Origin: an uncultured Chloroflexia bacterium
GTDB taxonomy: Bacteria > Chloroflexota > Anaerolineae > Anaerolineales > Anaerolineaceae
DNA: 32,000 nt
Reading direction: 5' to 3'
Assembly (NCBI GenBank): GCA_963704755.1
Contig: OY969938.1
Span: 3,630,001 to 3,662,000 of the forward strand
Under the pieces are notes generated by a model. That model saw only the letters and a program-made list of their open reading frames with translations. It did not search any database and was not told the DNA's origin. Position 1 is the first letter of the stretch; each line of letters opens with the position of its first letter. Shown here piece after piece: positions 1 through 8,977 of the stretch. A program made the position numbers and the translations under genes.

Positions 1-483
1 TCCTGGTTCTGAACGAACTTGTAAGTCTTTTTATAAAGTTCTGGTTCGTTCTTGCGCATCCACAGCATCTTGGTAATATTCCAGGTTGTGCCCATGGGCA
101 TACCCGAAATACTGTAATAACGTTCCCCATCGATGAGTTTCTGCATATCCGAAACTTCATTCCCGGTCCGTGCGTCCTGCCAACCGATCATCGGACGAAC
201 TTTGCCGCCATCTTCGTTGACAGGTACCGTGACCGAACGTTGGGTGGAGAAGCCAATAGAAGCTATTTCCTTTGGATCGACGCCCGACGCAGCAATTGTC
301 GCTTTGCACGCTTCCATCGTCATCGCCACCATTTCGTCCAGGTCCTGTTCTACCCAACCAGGTTTCGGATAGGTGGCGGAATACTCCCGATATTTGCTGG
401 CGATAAAATTACCTTCCATATCGAAGATTGCGCAGCGCGCGCCCGTTGTGCCCACATCAATTCCCGCAAGGTACTTGGCCATT
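1..483 (-). CDS. FGGY-family carbohydrate kinase, N-terminal 161 codons (gene runs off the left edge)
   Basis: Absent from the ORF track because it is truncated. Hand translation of the minus strand from the ATG at 483-481 gives MAKYLAGIDVGTTGARCAIFDMEGNFIASKYREYSATYPKPGWVEQD... This contains the GIDxGTT phosphate-1 motif and the PGWxEQD motif typical of xylulokinase/glycerol-kinase relatives. The frame stays open to nt 1. Confidence 0.8.
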
Positions 484-514
484 TTAATAATCTCCTATTC
501 GCGATCAAAAATGA

Positions 515-1253
515 TTAGTTGGGGTAGAGTGTTTTGACTACATCGGGCAACGATTCGATTATTTCAACCGCTGCACGAGTACCTATTAAGGAGGCTCCCA
601 TACGAATAAAAGCGTACGCATTAATAACCCGCGGTTCAACCACCCCCGAAACTTTGAGTTTGCAGTGAGTGCCCGTTTCCGCTAAGGTGTCCAAGATGAT
701 CTGGGCATCTTTGAAGTTGGGACGGCCGCTTGGGCCGGCTCCGGTCGCTGTTTTGACAAAGTCCGCGCCTGAACTCGGCAACAATTTTTGTGGCAATTTT
801 CGTTTCTTCGTTGGTCAGGTATCCCACCTTGATGATGACTTTGGCGATCAGGCCGGCATCGTGACAAAGTTTGACAAACCGGTTGCATTCTGCGGCATAC
901 AGGTCGTATTTGCCGTCCTTCAGCCAGGCAATGTTCGCAACCATGTCCAGTACAGTACAGCCAATGTGAATTTGATCTTCCGCCTCTGCTAACTTGGCGG
1001 TAGTGGTGGCCGACCCGTACGGGAAGGAAATGCCTGTGCCAATGAGCACCTTGTTCTCGCGGCAAAAGTCGCCGATTTCGTGAACGATCAAAGGCGTCCA
1101 ATGAGGCAGCACATAATATGCGGCGAACTTATATTTGCGAACATCCTCACAGCCAGCGAGCTGATGCTTATCTTGCCAATCCGGCGCCAGAATAGCATAG
1201 TCGATCATCCTGGCAACGTCTTCCTTGCTCAACTTCGAAATATCTGTGGGCAT
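515..1253 (-). pseudogene. DeoC/LacD-family class I aldolase interrupted by a 1-nt frameshift (or sequencing indel)
   Basis: ORFs 636..1253 and 515..796 are the N- and C-terminal halves of one protein. Together they are collinear with the intact paralogue at 1296..2015 (GTGISFPYGS vs GTGISFPFGS; KIVAE|SGADFVKTATG vs ETGVQYAKTSTG, which includes the Schiff-base Lys). The frames switch at about nt 773, between the Glu codon at 774-776 and the Ser codon at 770-772. Confidence 0.7.
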
Positions 1254-1295
1254 AATCCTTATCCTTGAAAGGCAAATGGAAGCAGGTGAATAGGA

Positions 1296-2015
1296 CTACT
1301 GAAATTTGGGGACCATACCGATTTCGCGCAGCAGATCCAGCGAATCAATGATTTCTGGGGCGGCCCGTGTACCAATCCGATCGGCGCCGGCGAGCAAGAA
1401 TGTAAAAGCGTTCTGCGGGCGGGGGAACTTTACTCCGGCCACCTTGAGCTTGACATCGGTGCCTTCCAGAGTTTTGCGCATCACCATGAATTGCTCCAGG
1501 GTGGGGCCTTCGAATTGCCCGGTAGAGGTTTTTGCATACTGCACACCGGTTTCTTCGATCATTTTACAGGCCGCAGCGATATCCTCATTACTAAGAAAAC
1601 AGACTTCGAGGATACATTTCGTGACAGCTTTACCGGCCGCTTTGACAAAGCTCTCCAACTCCTCACGGATCACGGTATACCGCTTATCCTTCAGAGCGCC
1701 CACGTTCAATACCACGTCTACCGCCGTACAACCGCGTTTGACCGCATCTTCAGTCTCGAAGGCTTTAACGCTGGCAGGGGCGCTTCCAAACGGAAAGGAA
1801 ATGCCAGTCCCGATTTCAATATTTGGGAACCCGGCCAGCTCTTCCTTGATGATAGGAGTCCAGTAGGCGCTGCTGGAATAGAAGGCAGCGAATTGATACT
1901 CGCGTGTCAGCGCACACCCTTTACGAATGGCATCTTCGTTTGTGTCTTTGGGGAGAACTGAGTAATCAAAGACCTTTGCAAGTGCTTTTTTGTCCATCTT
2001 ACTAAGATCAATCAT
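1296..2015 (-). CDS. DeoC/LacD-family class I aldolase (deoxyribose-phosphate aldolase-like)
   Basis: Intact 239-aa ORF. It has the YAKTSTG Schiff-base lysine motif, the GTGISFPFGS motif and RIGTRAA near the C-terminus. Confidence 0.8.
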   Translation of the reverse strand: MIDLSKMDKKALAKVFDYSVLPKDTNEDAIRKGCALTREYQFAAFYSSSAYWTPIIKEELAGFPNIEIGTGISFPFGSAPASVKAFETEDAVKRGCTAVDVVLNVGALKDKRYTVIREELESFVKAAGKAVTKCILEVCFLSNEDIAAACKMIEETGVQYAKTSTGQFEGPTLEQFMVMRKTLEGTDVKLKVAGVKFPRPQNAFTFLLAGADRIGTRAAPEIIDSLDLLREIGMVPKFQ

Positions 2016-2039
2016 TTTTTCCTCTGTTTGGAATCCAGT

Positions 2040-3149
2040 CTACGAAATGAGAATCGATTTTCGCGAATGCCCAAAGGCATCTGCTTTGACCATGGCGCTG
2101 AACAAATCGTAAGCCGTGACCGGGAAAACGTGGTTGTGGACAAAGTTGCCCGGTTCGGTCAATGCAATTGCTACTGCCATGAGTTCGTCCTTAGTGAGCT
2201 TGCCCAATCCAATTTCTTTTAGCGTTACCGGTAACCCGATCTGGATCATGAAGTCCACCACTGCTTGCTTTTCTTGTGGGTCGATATCGCCATCCAGGCA
2301 AAGCTGAGTCACCAGGCCGAAGGCCACTTTCTCTCCATGGAAAAAGGCGTGCGTGCACTCCAGGATTGTCAGGTTATTGCCAAGCGTGTGCGCGGTTGCC
2401 AGGCCGCCACTTTCCCAGCCAATGCCCGACAGCAGGGTATTGGCTTCAATGACCTTTTCGAGTGCAGGCGTTACAACGTTGTTCTCAGCATCTATTTTGG
2501 CTTCCAGACCATTTTCCAGCAGCGTTTCGTAGCACAGGCGCGCCAGGCCTAATGCGGACTGGGTTGGATATCCTCCGGCGAAAGATTGGCGACGGGCCTT
2601 ATAAGCCGCCTCCGCCTCGAACCAGGTCGCTAAAGCATCCCCGATCCCGGCGACTAACCAGCGTACCGGCGCTTCGGCCACGATCTGGCTATCCACTAAA
2701 ACCAGATCGGGATTGCGTGGCCAGATATCAAATCCATCCATCACACCTTCTTCGGTGTAATACACTGAACAGGCGCTGGTCGGCGCATCGCAGGCTGAAA
2801 TAGTAGGGAGGGATACCATGCGGGCATTTGCGTTGAAGGCAATGCTTTTTGCCAGGTCCACAGCCTTGCCGCCGCCGGCCCCCACAATCACATCGGCGCC
2901 AACCTCATGAGCCTTTTGAATACCCATTTCACGCTGGTTCTTACTGCATTCACCGGAGAAGACAAATGAGTGGGATTCTATGCCTGCTGTGGCCAAGCTG
3001 GCATTTAAGCGCTCAGAGATTAGATTGCATACAAATGAATCCCAGACCACCAGTGCCTTTTTGCCAAGCGGTTGAATGAACTTGCCCGCCTCATCCAGCG
3101 CCCCCGCTCCCTGAACGTATCGCCCAGGGAAAACAATTGTCATGATCAT
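2040..3149 (-). CDS. gldA: glycerol dehydrogenase (iron-containing alcohol dehydrogenase family)
   Basis: The 369-aa ORF is collinear over its full length with my memory of E. coli GldA (FPGRYVQGAGAL, GGGKAVDLAK, AGIGDALATWFEA, VTPALEKVIEANTLLSG, HGEKVAFG). An AAAGGAG RBS lies 5 nt upstream of the ATG at 3149. Confidence 0.85.
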   Translation of the reverse strand: MIMTIVFPGRYVQGAGALDEAGKFIQPLGKKALVVWDSFVCNLISERLNASLATAGIESHSFVFSGECSKNQREMGIQKAHEVGADVIVGAGGGKAVDLAKSIAFNANARMVSLPTISACDAPTSACSVYYTEEGVMDGFDIWPRNPDLVLVDSQIVAEAPVRWLVAGIGDALATWFEAEAAYKARRQSFAGGYPTQSALGLARLCYETLLENGLEAKIDAENNVVTPALEKVIEANTLLSGIGWESGGLATAHTLGNNLTILECTHAFFHGEKVAFGLVTQLCLDGDIDPQEKQAVVDFMIQIGLPVTLKEIGLGKLTKDELMAVAIALTEPGNFVHNHVFPVTAYDLFSAMVKADAFGHSRKSILIS

Positions 3150-3295
3150 GAATGCTCCTTTCGAATATGCCTGAAGCCGATTCCGTTATGCAGACGATCT
3201 TAGGACTCTTGCCTTCTTGAGAAGATAGAAATTCGAATACGGTCTGAACGGGATGTCTATTTTTCTCTAGCAGCCACCGCCATTCTTTTGCAAAA

Positions 3296-3952
3296 TCACT
3301 CAATCCAATTGATAAACTCTCCCAGGTTTTGGTCGAGAACAACATCTGGTTGTGCCCCGAGCACCTCTTCCCTGGAGCCGTACCCATATAAAACACCGCA
3401 AGTTAGGGCGCCGGCGGCTTTTCCCGCCTGGATATCGGAAGCTGTATCGCCGATCATAATCGCCCTACTGGGAACAGTTCCAGTTTTTTTGAGAGCAAGC
3501 AACACCGATTCGGGATGTGGCTTGCGATGGGTCACCGATTCGGGCCCCACAAGTAATTCGAAATAGGACATGATATCCAGCGTGTGTAATATTGTGTTTG
3601 TAATTGTTTCGTTCTTTTGGGTCGCGATTGCCATATGTTTTCCCAGCGCCTGATAATAATCAAGAACCTTTCGCGCATGCGGGTAGAGATGTGTTTCCAC
3701 ACAGCAATACTCCTCGTAACGCTGTCGGAAGAAGGGCGACGCCAGATCGAGCAAGGTGTCTGCTTTCTCCTTCAAGCAGCGCCGTAAAAGCATCTCTGCG
3801 CCTCCTCCGATATAACTGACCAATACGGTTTGCGGCATCGTTGGTAAGCCTAGATAATTCAGTGTTGCATTGGCCGCATTGGCAATATCGCGACCGGTAT
3901 CCACCAGAACACCATCGAAATCGAAGATGATTGTATCTACAGAATATTTCAT
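3296..3952 (-). CDS. HAD-IA hydrolase (phosphoglycolate/sugar-phosphate phosphatase-like)
   Basis: DFDGVLVDT nucleophile motif and C-terminal GDTASDIQAGKAAG motif. I moved the start to the internal ATG at 3952 (MKYSVDTIIFDFDG), which has GGAG 8 nt upstream. The 13 extra codons in the track ORF lack an RBS. Confidence 0.8.
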   Translation of the reverse strand: MKYSVDTIIFDFDGVLVDTGRDIANAANATLNYLGLPTMPQTVLVSYIGGGAEMLLRRCLKEKADTLLDLASPFFRQRYEEYCCVETHLYPHARKVLDYYQALGKHMAIATQKNETITNTILHTLDIMSYFELLVGPESVTHRKPHPESVLLALKKTGTVPSRAIMIGDTASDIQAGKAAGALTCGVLYGYGSREEVLGAQPDVVLDQNLGEFINWIE

Positions 3953-3969
3953 TTTTTTTCTCCAGGGGG

Positions 3970-4828
3970 CTATTCGGCCTTGCCGGTACATTCGAGCGTT
4001 TCCATAATTACGCCCACATCCGCCATGACCTGATCGTGAGTGAATTGCATTATCTTTAATGGATTGTACTCATCCTGGTGCGCCCCCAGGTAGTTTTTTA
4101 ATCAGTTCAATGTAGGTTTTCTTTAATTGTGTGGAGATATTCAACTTGGCCGCACCTGCATGGACCAGATCGCGCAGCGTTTCCATGCTCAAGCCGCTGC
4201 CGCCATGGATTACCAAAGGAAAATCCGCCTGATCGCGAATTGCTGCCAGGGTGTTTATATCCAACCGGGGTACTTCCTTATAAAAACCATGCGCGGTACC
4301 AATCGCTACCGCCAGGAAGTCCACCTGGGTACGCTTCTGGAACTCGACTGCTTCTGCGGGGGTCGTGTAGATCGCCTGGTTTTTAGCTACAACGATTTCT
4401 TCTTCCGCCCCGGCGAGAATGCCGATCTCGCCTTCCACCGACACGCCGTGGCGATGGGCCAGTTCCACAACCTGGCGAGTTTGAGCAATATTATCCTCGA
4501 AAGGCAGGCGAGAAGCATCTATCATGACCGATGAATATCCCGCCAGGATACAGGCCTGAATTAAATTCAGGTCTGTACCATGGTCGAGATGCAAGCCAAT
4601 TGGAACCCGGCTGTTATCTGCGAGGGTATGGGTCATGGCTACCAATCGTTCCGCACTAAAACGCCGGACCGTCCCGCTCGATGTTTGCAGAATCACTGGC
4701 GCGTGATTGGCTTCCGCGGCGTGGATAACTGCCTCTAGGGTCAGATAATCCACAATGTTGAACGCGCCGACACAATACCGCAACTGTTGAGCCGAAATTA
4801 GGAACTGAGCCGTGTTTTTTAGCGACAT
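3970..4828 (-). pseudogene. class II (metal-dependent) fructose/tagatose-bisphosphate aldolase with a +1 indel in an A6 run
   Basis: ORF 4070..4828 has the HLDHG, GEIG and IHGGSG motifs but stops about 30 aa short of the family length. The neighbouring frame continues NYLGAHQDEYNPLKIMQFTHDQVMADVGVIMETLECTGKAE to a stop at 3970-3972. The switch point is the T6 run at 4094-4099 (A6 in the mRNA). Deleting one A restores a 285-aa protein. Confidence 0.75.
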
Positions 4829-4894
4829 TGATACCTCTCACCAATGAACCAATCCAATAACCGGGTAAACTATAGAAACACAAAAATCGAAAAA

Positions 4895-5899
4895 TTACGC
4901 CTGAGCGTTAGCCTGTACGGTCGATTTACGAGATTTCATCGCCGCGCTAATTGCGTAAAAGACACCCGCGACGACCACTACCACAATCAGCGAGCCCACA
5001 CCGGAGATCGTGAAGAGGCCCACTGCCTTGAAGATCGCCATAATGATGAATGTGGTGAAGAGGGAGGCTGACGGGGGATCAATATGATTGTCGCCATGGG
5101 CCAGGAAGAGCTGCCCGTAGAAATCACCGATGAAAGCAGCCATAACCGCAAAGGCAACTCCCCACCAAATATCGGCTCCGGCGACCGCAATCACCTGCTC
5201 GGCTGCCAGGGCGATGTGGTGCCACACGGGAACTTTCACGTTGAACTGCAAGAATACCAGTCCCACTGTAGCCACCCCAAACCATAGACCTGCCATAGCC
5301 GGGCTTTGCGCCGTTGACCAGGCAACCACCAGGCCGAAGCCCAGGCCGATGGTGAGGAGTTGGAGCGGGGAATTTTGCCAGGGTAACCATGCGGCCACAT
5401 CACTGGCCACCCAACGATTGTCCCCCTCACGGACTTTGCCAAAGATGCCAGTCTTTCCAAACAAGAGGCGGGCAATGATGGCATTAATCACGATCGAGAG
5501 CGCTATGGCGTTGGTAAAGGGCAAGCTTCCGATCGCCGGGAGTTGGGCAATGAGGAACTGCAATCCGTAGCCCAGCATACCAAAGAGTCCACCTACCAGC
5601 AGCACATCCGGGGAGTTCAAGCCCATCAGGGCAGTCGCAATATCACGCCCATTCGCAAGTTTGCCCATTTTTGCTGCATAAACTGCAGCCGCCGCGCCAC
5701 CCGCAAAAGATACTTGCGGCCCTAACAATGGCCCCCAGGCGACCAGGTTTGAAAAAGTTGGATCACCAGTTGCCGCAGTAATGCCGGCGCCTACAATCGC
5801 TGCAACACCGCACAAAATAAAGATGGGTAAGCCACCCAGTGCTGCGCCTAGAACTCCACCCCCAAATGCTGCCACCAAATACAAGAACGAAAACGTCAT
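4895..5899 (-). CDS. polytopic integral membrane protein of unassigned family (candidate substrate permease of the operon)
   Basis: The 334-aa ORF is almost entirely hydrophobic and Gly/Ala-rich, with about 9-10 predicted TM stretches by eye. GGAGG lies 5 nt upstream of the ATG at 5899. It is the first gene of the co-directional catabolic cluster. Confidence 0.7.
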   Translation of the reverse strand: MTFSFLYLVAAFGGGVLGAALGGLPIFILCGVAAIVGAGITAATGDPTFSNLVAWGPLLGPQVSFAGGAAAAVYAAKMGKLANGRDIATALMGLNSPDVLLVGGLFGMLGYGLQFLIAQLPAIGSLPFTNAIALSIVINAIIARLLFGKTGIFGKVREGDNRWVASDVAAWLPWQNSPLQLLTIGLGFGLVVAWSTAQSPAMAGLWFGVATVGLVFLQFNVKVPVWHHIALAAEQVIAVAGADIWWGVAFAVMAAFIGDFYGQLFLAHGDNHIDPPSASLFTTFIIMAIFKAVGLFTISGVGSLIVVVVVAGVFYAISAAMKSRKSTVQANAQA

Positions 5900-6444
5900 T
5901 TCAGCCTCCGGTTCATAAACTTAATAGATGAATAGTTATGCTGTAAAGCCGGTCGATCTGAACAGTTCAATGATTTAGCCTATATCCACCTCCACTTAAT
6001 AGCAAACATAGTCCCTGGAGCTCAGGGCTTTTAAAATTCTTTCCTCTCAATCTTTTATTGTATAGATGTCGGATTGTATAACGTATAGACGTCCATATAA
6101 TAGCATGTTTCGTTTCGAGAGTCAACAGGCTTTGTGAAAAAATCCATTTTTGGTGGGGTGAAAAATCACGCCCGGAACCTGTATTGCTCCGTAGGATTCA
6201 GCATAGCCAATCCAGGCACTCAGACCATAATTTCTGGCACCTGAAATGGGAAATGCCGGAATCTCCTTAAGTAAACACCAAGATTTACCATAGCCTGAGG
6301 CGATGGCACGCTTAACCATATTCTTACCCAGACAGGCTAACGATCAAATGCCGCCAGCTATAGGGGGATACCCGGTTTAGAAAAATGCGCACATTCTGTT
6401 CATCCCGGTTTTTACGGAGGCAGAGTGCGGCCTTCTTGCTTAAT

Positions 6445-8238
6445 TTACATTTGAATTTTCCCGCTCTGCAGGCGAGCGTAGACCTGGCCCAGTTGTAATA
6501 GCTCCTCGTGCTTGCCGATTTCGGCGATCTTGCCGTGTTCCAGGACCACGATACGGTCCGCATTTTGAATGGTGGAGAGGCGGTGGGCGACCACGAAGGT
6601 GGTGCGTCCCTGCATCAGGCGGCTCAAGGATTCCTGGATCAATTTCTCGGACTCGCTATCCAGGGAGGAGGTCGCTTCGTCGAGGATGAGCACCCGCGGG
6701 TTGCGGATGAGGGCACGGGCGATGGCCAGGCGCTGCTTCTGGCCGCCGGAAAGGCGGGCGCCGCGCTCACCGATGGGGGTCTCGATACCATCCGGCAAGG
6801 TCCGGACGAATTCCCAGGCGTTGGCATCCTTCAGGGCGGCTACCACGGAAGCGTCGGACACATTGGCCAACCCATAGGAGATATTTTCGCGGATACTGCC
6901 CTCGAAAAGCAGCGATTCCTGCGGAACCACGGAGAGAAAGCGCCGGTAGGTGCGCAGATCGATTTCGTTCAGGTCGTGACCATCCACCAGGATGCGGCCG
7001 GCCGAGGGGCGAATAAAGCCGATCACCAGGTTGATGATGGTCGATTTGCCCGCCCCGGAATGCCCGACCAGGGCAATGCTCTCGCCATCCCGCACCTGCA
7101 AACTAAAATTCCGCACGGCGGCCTGTTCGGATTCGGGGTAAGTAAAGGAGATATTTTCGAAGATGAAATTGCCCCGTAGGGCAGAAATCTCAGGTTTGCC
7201 TTCGTTGGGTTCCAGTTCGGAGGATTCCAGCACCTCTTCGATCGAATGAATCGACTCGAACCCTTTGCTGATCGTGGGCACCAGGTTCATCAGCCCCATC
7301 ACGGCGTTGGTGAGACTGCTGAAGTATCCGGTCAGCATGACTACATCGCCGGCCGTGACCGGCAGAATCTTGTAATAGGCAATCCAGACTGCAACGACCA
7401 GGCAGAGCACGTTGAAGATGTTATAGGATACCCAGGAAAGCGAGCCAAACAGGGCATTGGTCGAATCGAGCTCGAGGCCGGCCTTGCGAACATGGGTGAG
7501 GGTGCCCTGCATGTTATTCAACTCGTTCCGCTCCAAACCATGCGCGCGGGTAATCGGGATGAGATGGGTCATTTCGATCACCCGGGCCGACATCCGTTCC
7601 ATCTCTTTGCGGAATTGTGTGTTTTGAGAGACCAGCCGCTTGCGCATCGACTGCATCAGGACCGCGGAGATGGGTACCATAATCAAAAATACCGGCAAGA
7701 ACGCCGGCACGCGGATAGCGGTGATGACGATAGCCCCCAGCAGGTTACAGATGGCTGCCAGGCCGCCGTCGAAGGCATACCGCACCATATCCACAATGGC
7801 TTCGACATCCCGGACCACTTTGGTTTGCAGTACGCCGGCGCTGGCGCGGGTGTAATAGCCGATCGATAAACGCTGGAATTGATGGGCCAGGGTAAAACGC
7901 AGGCGGGTTTCGACCCGTCGCAGGGCAATACTTAATTGTTTGACATACAGCACATGCAAAGGAATATTCTGCAGGAGCAGCGCCAGCAAAATAGCGGCAT
8001 TCCACCATAACACCGAGATGGACTTATGCTGGACCACCACGTCGATCAAATTGGCGGTCAATAAGGGCATCAGCCAGGTGGGGCTGTGCTTGATGATGAA
8101 GATCGCGCTGGCCGTGAATACATGCGGCCGATCTTCCTTGAAAAAGTTCCATAGCGTGGCGAGGGAGGTCTTGCCTTTGGATTGCTCGTCAAAAAGTTGG
8201 GTCGCTGCCAGTTCGGATTGATTGTTTTCCATTTTCAA
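6445..8238 (-). CDS. ABC exporter, fused transmembrane and ATPase domains (MsbA/type I exporter-like)
   Basis: 597 aa. The N-terminal half is a six-TM-type hydrophobic domain. The C-terminal half has Walker A GHSGAGKST, the signature LSGGQKQR and Walker B LILDEATS. Confidence 0.9.
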   Translation of the reverse strand: MKMENNQSELAATQLFDEQSKGKTSLATLWNFFKEDRPHVFTASAIFIIKHSPTWLMPLLTANLIDVVVQHKSISVLWWNAAILLALLLQNIPLHVLYVKQLSIALRRVETRLRFTLAHQFQRLSIGYYTRASAGVLQTKVVRDVEAIVDMVRYAFDGGLAAICNLLGAIVITAIRVPAFLPVFLIMVPISAVLMQSMRKRLVSQNTQFRKEMERMSARVIEMTHLIPITRAHGLERNELNNMQGTLTHVRKAGLELDSTNALFGSLSWVSYNIFNVLCLVVAVWIAYYKILPVTAGDVVMLTGYFSSLTNAVMGLMNLVPTISKGFESIHSIEEVLESSELEPNEGKPEISALRGNFIFENISFTYPESEQAAVRNFSLQVRDGESIALVGHSGAGKSTIINLVIGFIRPSAGRILVDGHDLNEIDLRTYRRFLSVVPQESLLFEGSIRENISYGLANVSDASVVAALKDANAWEFVRTLPDGIETPIGERGARLSGGQKQRLAIARALIRNPRVLILDEATSSLDSESEKLIQESLSRLMQGRTTFVVAHRLSTIQNADRIVVLEHGKIAEIGKHEELLQLGQVYARLQSGKIQM

Positions 8239-8263
8239 TGATTATTCGCAGGGAAGAATTCCG

Positions 8264-8310
8264 GATTTGAAGTGTTTGCGTGGGCAAAGCCCACGCAAAC
8301 ACCTCAAATC
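8264..8310. repeat. GC-rich palindromic intergenic element, copy A (also a likely terminator for the gene ending at 8332)
   Basis: GATTTGAAGTGTTTGCGTGGGC-AAA-GCCCACGCAAACACCTCAAATC. The arms are 22 nt with one mismatch. The same arm sequence recurs at 13190, 13312 and 23116. Confidence 0.75.
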
Positions 8311-8331
8311 TGGGAACCCCCAGATACCATT

Positions 8332-8967
8332 CTATAAAGAGAAATGAGCGCAAATTATCTTGTAAATATCGGGAATGCCCAACGAGCCGTCCACAACCAT
8401 CCAGGGATAGCCGAACCGTCCAGCCTGGTCGATGACCTCGGCCCCGAAGAGATGGTCGCGCTCCATCCAATTCTCGAAAGCCGCCTGGGGGTCAGTGCAC
8501 TGGGCCAGAATGCTTTCGATCCAGGGCCTCTGGGCGTAATGGGCAATTTGAAAATCCCTTTCGGGCACCAGGTAATAAACTTGCTGCGGGGCAACCGACA
8601 AGGCATTCACCAGCTCGGGCAAAAAGGCCGCGCCTTCCAGCAAGATAGCGGGCGCATCTCCCAGGGAGCGCAGGTCGTCGAGGATAAAGCCGAACTCTTC
8701 CCGGTAATATTGGAATTCATCGGCTGCTGCCACGGCAGGTGGAGTGGACCAAATTTCCGGCCAGGACATATTCTTGTAACGAGCCATCACCGGCTGGTCG
8801 GCGGCGTTGCAGCGCTTAAAATGGGCGTCGAAGTAATCGTCCACACGATACAGGGTCAGGGGGAACTGCTCACAGAGCAGGCCGGCGATGGTGCTCTTGC
8901 CGCTGCACGGGGAGCCTCCCAGGATGTACAGCTTGTGTGAAAATGGATTGCGCTTGTCGAGGCTCAT
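8332..8967 (-). CDS. P-loop NTPase / small-molecule-kinase-like protein, function unknown
   Basis: Walker A GGSPCSGKST lies near the N-terminus of MSLDKRNPFSHKLYILGG... I placed the start at the ATG at 8967. The longer track ORF (to 9168) would overlap the upstream gene by about 190 nt, and its extension is Arg/Cys/Pro-rich. Confidence 0.6.
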   Translation of the reverse strand: MSLDKRNPFSHKLYILGGSPCSGKSTIAGLLCEQFPLTLYRVDDYFDAHFKRCNAADQPVMARYKNMSWPEIWSTPPAVAAADEFQYYREEFGFILDDLRSLGDAPAILLEGAAFLPELVNALSVAPQQVYYLVPERDFQIAHYAQRPWIESILAQCTDPQAAFENWMERDHLFGAEVIDQAGRFGYPWMVVDGSLGIPDIYKIICAHFSL

Positions 8968-8977
8968 AGATGGTCGA

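Noticed and set aside
3091-3396. 101-aa minus-strand ORF bridging the gldA/HAD intergenic region
   Set aside because: It overlaps the ends of two well-supported genes in other frames. It has no RBS and no motif.
6324-6563. 79-aa minus-strand ORF overlapping the 3' end of the ABC exporter gene
   Set aside because: It overlaps a strongly supported gene out of frame and is rich in Arg/Ser/Cys. No supporting signal was found.
6508-7179. 223-aa plus-strand ORF inside the ABC exporter gene
   Set aside because: It is antisense to the nucleotide-binding domain, which has Walker A/B and the signature motif, and its sequence is low in complexity.
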